This document shows positions 1-11,955 of a stretch of 64,000 bases of DNA, in pieces (the first letter of the stretch is position 1; the number at the start of each line of letters is the position of its first letter). Location: positions 344,472,001 to 344,536,000 of the forward strand of contig OZ024743.1 in assembly GCA_964016885.1 (NCBI GenBank), given 5' to 3'. The position numbers and the translations under genes were made by a program. The DNA comes from Eledone cirrhosa (Eukaryota). Under the pieces are notes generated by a model. The model had not been told where the DNA came from. It saw only the letters and a list, made by a program, of their open reading frames with translations, and did no database searches.

Positions 1-450
1 TTTGTAGCTGAGTATTTTCTCGCTGTTATTTAGAGGCTAAGTCTAAATACATTCTACGGACTGTTTAACCGTATTCGTATATAGACCACCTAAAAGTAGA
101 TTACATCTCTAGTTACCAACATTTAGAGGATGTCTATATATGTCTAGTTTAACATATGCAAGCAGTGTCTTTTCTTCTTCAGTGATTTTTGTATGTTGTA
201 AATGCAAATCAAAATTGAAAAAATAAACCCCATTTAATGTTTGTTATGTCACGCTTCATTTGTTCATTTAGAGTTTAATGTGTTGTATTTTGATTTCTTA
301 CCGACATTATACTACTAAACAACATTCCAGAGTTGATAATGTAATAGTAAAATCAGTTATTCTAATACGAATTTTCTTTCAGCTGAAGTATTCTCTCAAA
401 GTGCTAGTACTTTTCGAACAATACGTACGTATATATACAAAGGTTTACGC

Positions 451-1270
<820 letters not shown>

Positions 1271-1745
1271 ACCATACCCACACGCATATACACAAATTCT
1301 AAACAAAATCAGCCTCCTGTTCATTGAGCTATATAATCCCATTATTTACTGTAATGATATCTGATCATTATACAAACAGCAGCAACACGCCGACTGATCT
1401 CTCGTGGTAAGATTCATAATAACATTTCTGTAATAGATTTTCACTTGATATCCTTCAGGTATAACGGCCATGAACATCAAATGAAGCCAGCAGTGGATTA
1501 TATCAAATTTCTCTCAAATAATCAATCGGTCAGGAAATGGCTTGCAGGATATCAAACAGGAAAACACAAGATTCGTAATGAAGATGTCTTCGGTGGAAAT
1601 TCTCTCATTGTGTGTCTCCTCATCGTCCGTGTAAACCTAAGTTGGTTTGGTTTACGAGGCTTGAGGTGATCTTGCAGCACTATATATCCATAACGAGACG
1701 ATGGATGAGTGTATCTCCCCCTTTACCTTCACTGTCCACTCTCTT

Positions 1746-2220
<475 letters not shown>

Positions 2221-2265
2221 AATAATATGTATACGTAGGGATTGTAACTATTAAAACAAATGGAA

Positions 2266-2348
2266 GTCTGATGAGCTTTATATTCCAGAGTCGGCCCCGA
2301 TCGATAGAGATCGAACCTTGAGCTGATCAGTCGCGGAACGCGCGTCAC
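2266..2348 (+). ncRNA. Degenerate hammerhead ribozyme motif (Penelope-like pLTR type, long stem II)
   Basis: GT-CTGATGA-GC...GC-GGA-ACGCGCGT-C-AC. The GAA core is mutated to GGA; stem III is palindromic. Paralog at 51267-51351. Confidence 0.6.
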
Positions 2349-2393
2349 ACATGAATAAACGTTAAGAAAATTTGACACCTCGTCCATAATTAT

Positions 2394-2454
<61 letters not shown>

Positions 2455-2461
<7 letters not shown>

Positions 2462-2603
2462 AAAAAAAGATGAAATCGAAAATGCAACTGGGGTCTTATT
2501 TAAAAAATATATATATATATTTATTTGGAACCAAATAGATATATATATATTTTTAAAAATAAGACCCCAATTGCATTTTCGATTTCATCTTTTTTTCTTT
2601 ATA
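2455..2603. repeat. ~150 bp near-perfect palindrome (fold-back)
   Basis: AAAGAAAAAAAGATGAAATCGAAAATGCAACTGGGGTCTTATTT mirrored by AAATAAGACCCCAATTGCATTTTCGATTTCATCTTTTTTTCTTT around TATTTGG-AA-CCAAATA. Confidence 0.9.
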
Positions 2604-2700
2604 CTTTCACTAGTGTAGGACACCCCGGTTATTTTTCATTTTGTAAAAAGAAAAAAAAAAAAAAAAAAAATACCTTACTTTCTAATATATATATATATAC

Positions 2701-2733
<33 letters not shown>

Positions 2734-2807
2734 TACATTATGAAGAGAGAAGAAACATTTAGATATAATTAGTAATAAAATGTATCATACCTAAACTGTT
2801 CCTAAAT

Positions 2808-2895
2808 TCCTCGACTACGTAGTTTCGTGGCATAAACAAAAACAATATATCAAAGATATAGAGTCCTTGCGAGGTCTGCCGACTTATCAAGAGGA
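2808..2895 (-). ncRNA. Degenerate hammerhead ribozyme motif
   Basis: Minus strand reads TCCTC-TTGATAA-GTCGGCA...TGCCAC-GAA-ACTACGTAGT-C-GAGGA: 5 bp stem I, 10 nt palindromic stem III, GUC site, two substitutions in the CTGATGA core. Confidence 0.55.
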
Positions 2896-3458
2896 TACCT
2901 CATTTTACTAGTCTCAAGAACGCGTCTACACGACGTGAGAAAGAATCCCAAAAGGCGGAGGGGGAGATAGTCACGCGATATAACGGTCGAGAAACAGAGC
3001 TAAGCCTCTTATAACCACGAAGAAAATACCACGGAGGCGGAGGGGGTATTCATATCGAGGCCGTAGAAGAGGTAGTGAAGAAGGCGAGAAGTATGAGTAA
3101 TGGAAGCTTTCCAGTTGTCCCCACACCTCAAAGATTGCTCGACCAGAGGGAGTTATTAATATATTTAGAAACACACAGATACATGCGGACGCACACATAT
3201 ATACATGAATGCATCCGCACCCAACTGTGAGTTAAGGGTGCCAACTTCACCGATGTTGCTCAATGAATGACTGGGACAGACCAATTCAGTTTGAACTAGA
3301 CTGAACCATATATATTTAATACATTATCAGGGAAAGCTTTAAGCAATACTCCGACCGGCTTCCGTCTCACTCAACAAACATGAGGATATACCTTAGTATA
3401 ATCCCAATTATACGTTTGGGGTGCTAACTATACGTATTTTGCGGATAGCCAGTTGTAT

Positions 3459-3820
<362 letters not shown>

Positions 3821-3924
3821 TATATGTATATATATAGGAATATAAAAAACAACAACGCAAGATTTACAAGTTACAAATGGTATTAGATTCACGCTTGGTG
3901 AGAATGAGGGGAGGGGCGTGCATG

Positions 3925-3954
3925 CGACGTTTCGGGCATAAGACCTTCATCAGG
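3925..3954 (-). ncRNA. Minimal hammerhead ribozyme motif (degenerate stems)
   Basis: Minus strand C-CTGATGA-A-GGTC-TTAT-GCCC-GAA-ACGT-C-G. Core intact, one stem II mismatch, weak stem I. Confidence 0.6.
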
Positions 3955-4417
3955 AGAGTGGGGGGGGGAAATATATATATATATATATTAGAGAGCGAGA
4001 GAGAAAGAGCGAGAGTGGGTGAGGGTCGGAGAGTGAGATGCAAAAGAACGACCTAGAGAGGTATGAAGAGAGAAAGAAAGTTGACTATAGTATGACATAG
4101 AGGTGAGCAGTTTGCGAGTGTTTTCCTCTAAGATAATTACGCCCCTCATTTCAGAGGTTCTAATTTGCCGAACTTTTTAACATTACATCATTAAAATTGT
4201 TAGAACTACATTTCATTTGTGTACTTTGTTTGGACGTGATTGTATTTAGAGTGTGTATGTATATGTGGTAGGTTCTGTATATATTCATATGACTGTGTAA
4301 GCGCTTGCGTTGTTTTTAGAGTGTTGGATGCCTATAATGCCTATAATGTGTCTGCGCTTTGAAGGTTACATAACTCGTTGCACACTATGTATGTATGTAT
4401 GTATGTATGTATGTATG

Positions 4418-4979
4418 TTATCTCTTTCTCTTAATTTCGAGTATATTTTTTTTTGACCGGCCACCTTCCTGGTGGCAAGGTTGTAAAAGAAAAGAAATTG
4501 TCATCCCTTGAATCGCAAGAATGTTTTGCAAATTTTGAAGGTGCCAGCTATCGCAGCCATTTGTAGACTATGAATTAGGGAGCTGCGCTTTTTGTCTGCA
4601 AATCCAAGTTCAGTCATACTTTGGTCCAAGCGGCTTGGTATATAACCCGTAGCTCCAATAATGATGGGTATTAAGCTAAAGGTGTATCTTGGATACTGGA
4701 TTTGTAAACTCCTCATCAATGGTCCGTAGATGTCCTCCTTCTCCTGTATTTTTCTGACAACGTTTACATCAAGTGGGCAGCTGATCTCCACAACAGAACA
4801 CGTTTTCAATGTGTGGACCCAAACAACAATATCAGGCCGGTTGTGCTTTAATTTGGTGGCAGTTTTTATTTTCAGGTTCCACCATTATTCCTTAGTGCCA
4901 TCTGTTTCAATATATTCTTCCTTGTTTGTTGTTAATTTTGTTTTCCGAAGTGCGTTCCAGATGGTTCTAGCTATCCCAT
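4418..4979 (-). mobile_element. 5'-truncated R4/Dong-like non-LTR retrotransposon (RLE domain + 3' UTR)
   Basis: Near-identical to 6430-6989. Encodes HNRPDIVV..VEISCP..EK restriction-like endonuclease. Flanked on both sides by (TATG)n. Confidence 0.9.
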
Positions 4980-5232
4980 GTATGTATGTATGTATGTATG
5001 TATGTATGTATGTATGTATGTATGTATGTATGTATGTTAGTTGCTATCGTGTGTGTGTGTGTGTGTGTGTATAGATATGCTTATGTGTGTGCGTGTATAT
5101 GTATATATATATATATGTATATGTATATTATTATTGTTGTTGTTGTTATTATTATTATTATTATTCTTGTTATTAATGTATGTGTGTGTGTGTGTGTATG
5201 TGTATGTATGTGTGTATGTATGTGTGTATGTA

Positions 5233-5275
<43 letters not shown>

Positions 5276-5403
5276 ATATATATATTTCTTTTTTTTATTA
5301 TTATTTTCTTTTTTATTTATTTATTAATTTTTTTTTCTCCTCGTGCAATGGCCATACTCGTTAACGAGGGGGCAGCCATCATGTATGTATGTATGTATGT
5401 ATG

Positions 5404-5670
5404 TTGTCAGGTCACCAGTTGGTGCTACTGGTAACATGTATCCCAGTACAACCTGTCTCATGGTCGGGTCGTTGGCGACTAAACTGGCAACCCCACCAAG
5501 GTTTCCTGGTGAGGAGGGTGACTTTGGACATCCTGCAGGACTAAAAACAAAACCTGTCAAAAGGCAAAGGAGCTCTTAAGAGTCAATGGCCATCCAAAAT
5601 CACCGGGAGAGATGACCCCTTAGCCTTTGTCAAGGCAGAATTCTAGGAGAAGGAAAACTCTGTTATAACA
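5404..5670 (+). mobile_element. Probable RTE-clade 5' UTR fragment
   Basis: The first ~190 bp is homologous to 42491-42683. Contains TAGGAGAAGGAAAACTCTG, which I recall as typical of RTE 5' UTRs. Confidence 0.5.
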
Positions 5671-6013
5671 CCTGCAACTCTGATGGTATCCAATGATGTT
5701 GACTTGTTCTTCTTTTTGGTAAATATCATCTTGGTTAAGAGAGTGGGACTGGCTTTGTGCAGTGCCTTTGCTCACTATAAAAGCTTCACGGCACAGGCAT
5801 TGCTTTATATCTGGAGGTCTCTCTGCACTTGTCGTCACATGGTACCATGGGCCCAGCACTATGTGTCAATAATTGTCACATGTGTAGTGTTTGTACCAGA
5901 GTTTTCAAGTCGCTGGCTGGACTAAAAAGTCACACTCGTTCAGCGTATCAGTAGGGGTTCTCCTACATGGATATAAAGTAGTGGCCGTACTCGAAAACGA
6001 GTTGGCAGCCACC

Positions 6014-6136
6014 ATGTATGTATGTATGTATGTATGTATGTATGTATGTATGTATGTATGTATGTATGTATGTATGTATGTATGTATGTATTTATATGTA
6101 TGTATGTATGTATTTATATGTATGTATGTATGTATT

Positions 6137-6168
<32 letters not shown>

Positions 6169-6429
6169 TTTATATGTATGTATGTATATAGGTATGTATG
6201 TATTTATATGTATGTATAATATGTATTTATATGTATGTATGTATTTATATATATGTATGTACGTATGTATGTATGTATGTATGTATGTTTGTATGTATGT
6301 ATTTATATGTATGTATGTATGTATGTATTTATATGTATGTATGTATTTATATGTATTTATGTATGTATATATATGTATGTATGTATTTATATATATGTAT
6401 GTACGTATGTATGTATGTATGTATGTATG
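6014..6429. repeat. (TATG)n microsatellite with TATTTATATG variants
   Basis: Direct inspection. Confidence 0.95.
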
Positions 6430-9400
6430 TTTTCTCTTTCTCTTAATTTCGAGTATATTTTTTTGACCGGCCACCTTCCTGGTGGCAAGGTTGTAAAAGA
6501 AAAGAAATTGTCATCCCTTGAATCGCAAGAATGTTTTGCAAATTTTGAAGGTGCCAGCTATCGCAGCCATTTGTAGACTATGAATTAGGGAGCTGCGCTT
6601 TTTGTCCGCAAATCCAAGTTCAGTCATACTTTGGTCCAAGCGGGTTGGTATATAACCCGTAGCACCAATAATGATGGGTTTGAAGCTAAAGGTGTATCTT
6701 GGATACTGGATTTGTAAACTCCTCATCAATGGTCCGTAGATGTCCTCCTTCTCCTGTATTTTTCTGACAACGTTTACATCAAGTGGGCAGCTGATCTCCA
6801 CAACAGAACACGTTTTCAATGTGTGGTCCCAAACAACAATATCAGGCCGGTTGTGCTTTAATTTGGTGGCAGTTTTTATTTTCAGGTTCCACCAGTATTC
6901 CTTAGTGCCATCTGTCTCAATATATTCTTCCTCGTTTGTTGTTAATTTTGTTTTCCGAAGTGCATTCCAGATGGTTCTAGCTATCCCATCGTGTCTCATG
7001 GGAGGTAGTAGCGAGATGACATTCTTTCGCAGCTGGCAACAATGTGGCTTACATCCTCGATCTTTGTTTTACATTTATTGTTAGTTGCTGGCCCTCCTCT
7101 TTTGTGCAGCAGATATTTGGTAGGGAGTTCTTCTTGTATTGCATAGAGATATCCCTCAAGGTGTGATGTCATAAACTTGTCGGAACTCCATGCCAGGCTG
7201 TGTTTTACGTCTCAAGTATCCATGCACAACTTTTCTGTAAATTGGTCAATTTTTTAATCTTTGTTTGAACATTGAATAGGATCTTCCGATTTCTCTGGGT
7301 GAGAGATTTATATCAGGCTTTATTCCATATCTCTCCTCCAGATCAGTCGCTATTCTAATGATATTTTTTTTTTCATGCTCATAAACCTGGGCAAGATGGT
7401 TGCCAACCTTTTTCCTCTGTTGAAGGCGTTGCTTCAGTGTTACTATCCGGGTCTCACATGTTGTTAATATTGATTTTAGACCCCGGCCACCTTCCTTGCG
7501 TGAGAAGTATAGCCTATCCACATCACCATTGATGTTAAAGTTCCCAGTAACACTGAGAAGTTTGCGAGTTCTAACATCCATCTCACTTAGTTCTTGCAAT
7601 GACCAGTTCAGCAGGCCAAATGTTGGCGTTAGAATTGGCACAGCATAAGTATTGTGGGCAATGTATTTGTTGTACGCTGACAGTTCTGATGACCATATTT
7701 TCTTTACTCTTCTGAGGTATTCAGTTCTGGTACTCTCCTTATTTATGGGTCCATCATATCTGACATTCTCATCCTGTCCAAGATATCTGTAGTTGTCACC
7801 TGACTGTAGAGGTTGTATTGTCAGGCCGTTCATCTCTAGATTTCTACAGGAGGGCACAGCTCTTCCACGTTTTACTGCCAAATATACACACTTGGACTCA
7901 CCAAATTTCATTTTGATGTCGGTTGAAAATTGTGTAATGAGGTCCAATTGTTTCTTGATGTCATTGATATTTGGCCCATACAACTTCAGGTCATCAACAA
8001 AGAAAAGATGGGAGATACTTCTGGACCCACTTCTTTGTCCACCTTGTTTCCTGAGTAGGTAAGATAGTGGATTCAGTGAGAGAACGAAGAGTAGCACTGA
8101 CAAGCTATCACCCTGAAAGATGCCCTTCTGGTATGTATCTTATCAGTCTTAACTTGCTCCTTCTCACCTCTAAGGATCAAATTGGTGTACCAGTTCTTGG
8201 TCAGGCGTTCAACAGCAGCTACCAATGGTTGTGGGACTTTGGCTAACTGTAAAGCCTTAATAATCCACCCATGAGGTACACTATCAAATGCTTTTTGATA
8301 GTCCAGCCACACCACAGTCATGTTTCTGCTATTCTTTGTTGTTTTTTTCCTGAATATTTTTGTTAGTTAGTAGGTGATCTATGCAACCCCACACCTCCCT
8401 CTTTCCACCAGCTTGCTCAGCTGTTATGACGTTGTTGGTAGCACAGTGATCCTGTAAGAACAGGTTAAGGCACCCAGTATATAATTTATACATGATGTTT
8501 TGGCAGGCTATTGGGCGGTCATTTTTAGCAAGGGTGGTTTGGCTGTTTTGGGAATGAGGAGAGTAGTGGCAGTCGATAACCATCTGGGCAGTTCTTGTCT
8601 GCCTTTAATGGTTTCTGTAAACAGCCGTATGAGATCTTGCCGATAGAAAGTGAAATTCTTCAACCAGTATCCTGTAATGAGGTCTGGGCCTGGCGATTTC
8701 CTATTCGACATTTTCTGTAGAGCTGTTTCCAGTATTGACCCATCTATGTCATATAGTTTTGTCTGGACATGTTGGCAGTAGTCCTGTTCCAGTTCTTTTA
8801 GCCAATTAGTTTGTCTGTTGAATCCGTCATCCGTTTCCCATACAGATCTCCAGTAGCTCTCAACCTGTTCTTTTGAAGGGGTGTCATTTACAGGGATTGA
8901 GCTTTTGCCACCGAAGCTGCGATAAACTGATTTAGGATCTCTGGCAAACAATCTATTTAGCACTTGTAGTTTATGTGCTGTTCACTTATATTTTAGTCTT
9001 TCTGTTGTAGCTGTGAGTTGTTGTTTCAACTGGTGTAATTTGGAGTTCAAAGTTTTAAATTTTGTATCTCCAAATCGTCTCTCTAACTTTATTTTTTAGG
9101 TCTTCCTGGTGTCGTGTGAAGTTGCTCTCTATGTTGCATTTTATAACGACTGCGATGTGTGAGATACTAAAATTTTGCTTTTTAAATTTCACATCCACGC
9201 TGGTTCAGGCTTTCTGTTTGTATCTTGATTGTGTGGTTTTAGATGTGTATTATATGATAGCAATGTGACAGCTGAAACATATAACAAAATATTAAGCGTT
9301 TCAAATGTCGTTTCTACACCTTTAGATCGTATAGCCTTCAAATAATTGCCAGCTATTTGGTTCACCGCTTCCAATTCCAATTTAGTGGGTTCTTTACTGA

Positions 9401-9558
9401 TTCTGGTGTTGTATGGTGTCACTCACATGAAAGGCTGTGTATCTCTTGAAACATATCGTTCCTTATAACTTGTAACGTGTCCACAAGTTTTTGGTGTTCT
9501 GTTTGTTCAGTAGAGTCATGAATTTCAGCCTCGTTGTTGATGTGGTGACAATTACTAC
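6430..9558 (-). mobile_element. R4/Dong-like RLE non-LTR retrotransposon, 5'-truncated and frameshifted
   Basis: Collinear ORF pieces 9422-6511: KSPGPDLITGYWLK, RPIACQNIMYK, WLDYQKAFDSVPH, HLFFVDDLKLY (RT), EDVSHIVASC..MRHD (damaged Zn knuckle), RPDIVV..E..K (RLE). (TATG)n on both sides. Confidence 0.92.
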
Positions 9559-9615
9559 TATGTATGTATGTATGTATGTATGTATGTATGTATGTATGTA
9601 TGTATGTATGTATCT

Positions 9616-9814
9616 CTCTTCGTACTCCTGGAGATGAAGTTTGCACATTTTTTCGGGGGTATGTGTTACCCATATGTAATGTCTCCCCCTATTGGGGAAA
9701 ATCGATTAATTTTTAAATTGCATTTGTGATAGTATTTTACACGTTTTTATTGTATGCAAACTTCCCCCTTTGTATTTGTCCCCTTCTTTTGTGCCCCTGT
9801 GGCTAATAAAGAAA
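9616..9814 (+). mobile_element. Tx1-like family B-type 3' UTR stub
   Basis: Matches 22094-22295. Ends GGCTAATAAAGAAA followed by (TATC)n. Confidence 0.88.
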
Positions 9815-9816
9815 CA

Positions 9817-9921
<105 letters not shown>

Positions 9922-10139
9922 CTGGGATGGACACACGCGTATAACTTGCTGAGTAAGTTCTGTTTAAATTTCTATAGAAATTCTTGTCTGATAACTTTAA
10001 TTTTTGTACCATTTTGTAGAGGGACTGCCAGGTCAAACTTTGATCTGGTCAGTCTCTCAAAATATTCTACGCCTTTAGGCGAAATAGTTAAACAAAAAAA
10101 AAAAAGTTTTTTCTTGTTGAAAAGTCAATATTTTTTTAA

Positions 10140-11931
10140 ATGGCCGAAGCTTCTTCACCAAAATTCGAAGGAGGAAAGGGGAAGATGAACTTACAGCTTC
10201 CCCCTGCCACTGTCACAGTAGCAGAGGTCAAGAAGAAAGGTCAGCCAGAGGAAGAATTCTCTCCACCTGTTAACCGACAACTTGACGTTGCCATGGCAAC
10301 AACCCAAAGAACCAGCAGCAACAGCAACAACAACAACAATGCGACGGACGAAAACAACACCAATAACAATAACAATAACAACAAGACCAATAACGGTGAC
10401 AACAACAACAACAATGATAACAACAACACCACCAACGACAACAACAACACAAACAAACAAAATTTCTCCTTCGCCGAGACGACAAGGAAAACCCTCGACT
10501 ATCTGCCAGTAGATATAACAAAAGCGAAGGAACTACTGGCGAATGCGAAAAAATATATAGTGTACGGGGAAAATGGTTCATTCACAATCCATTCCCCCCC
10601 GGAACTAAAAAGCCAGAGACTCCTAAACACGGTCATGTTTAGGACAATCTCGAACAAAAGTAAAAAACCAGCTCAACCATCACAGAGCGAGATAGAGCTG
10701 GTTTTAAAAGACGTCATGAAGGACATCACCTTCATTCAGAAGGATAGACTCTACGGGAGTCTATCCATACTCATGAAGGACAGGGACACAGCAGTGAAAC
10801 TGTCCATCAAACCAATCACATCAACCGCATACACCTTCTACCCTACGTACATGGGTAGAAGAACACAAAAAATAAAAATCCACACCATCCTGCCGATTAT
10901 GGACATATGGTGGGTTTTGACAGGTTTTCTGGACCTGGAGGATGACATGCTGGTGTCCATGGGAAAGGCATCCGGTGACGCGTTCAGTGGAACGAGCCTC
11001 GAACTTGTAGTTCAAATGAGGCCCGAAAGGATCGCCCAGATCCCTGAACGCGTCATACTGGATGATCTAACCTTCATCAACATTACCGTTGAGGGTAGAC
11101 GGCCCTCGTGTTACCTCTGCGGAACCAGAGGTCACCTGAGGGCTGTCTGTCCCCAACTTAATAAGAAAACCCCAATCCTGCCTACACCACCAACAACTGC
11201 ACAACCAACACAATCACCACAACTACCACTACAAAAACAACCACCACAGCTCAAACCAAAACAAAACAATGTCCAACCCATCCCCTCCACTCAAAAAACA
11301 AAAACAATTTCAAAAACACCCGTACCGCAAACACAACCCGAAAATATACCCCTCCCCTCCAACGCGGAAGATGACCCTAGTTCGTCGTCAGACGAGGAGG
11401 AGCACTTCCACACAATCAAAAGAAAAAAAAGAAAACACACCTCAGACACACAAATGAAAAAAAACCCTCCCTAAAACATAACACTGACACCAACACAAAA
11501 GAGCTCACAACAACAGCAAACAAAAAACACCACACAAAAACAAAAACATGCATACACATACATAAATACAAGAAACAAAAAACTGTTAAACATTGTGTAC
11601 AACAACAATCTAATAAAAACACAAGGGCCTAACTTCACCCAGGCAGGGGATTTCCCCCACCTCAAAATGATTAAGGCCCCACAGGACACCTATAAAACTT
11701 TAAAAAACAATTTTAAAGAGGACGTGGGTCCCCCCTCCGTCGGGCCCATTAACCGCGTCCTCCTAAAAAAACTATCCCACCCCCTCCCCAAACACCCACA
11801 CAACTCCAAACTCCCCAACCACACAACACACTGATGCCCCCACACTTCCACAAACCACCACCCCACCCAACAACCCATCCCCCACCCTAATGGAAATTGT
11901 GCAGCCCGATACCCGGGACGCAGAGAGGTAA
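10140..11931 (+). pseudogene. ORF1p (Gag-like, CCHC zinc knuckle), disrupted
   Basis: Asn-rich N-terminus, CYLCGTRGHLRAVC knuckle, KRKKRK. Premature TAA at 11472 (CAA in copy A2) and one extra A near 11765. The natural stop is TAA 11929-11931. Confidence 0.88.
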
Positions 11932-11955
11932 GTGCCTTTTCTCTTCACCACCAAC

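Noticed and set aside
1340-1700. Possible host exon in non-repetitive sequence (also 44000-47000 and 58500-60300)
   Set aside because: No recognisable protein similarity or convincing splice-bounded frame; short exons cannot be excluded without RNA data.
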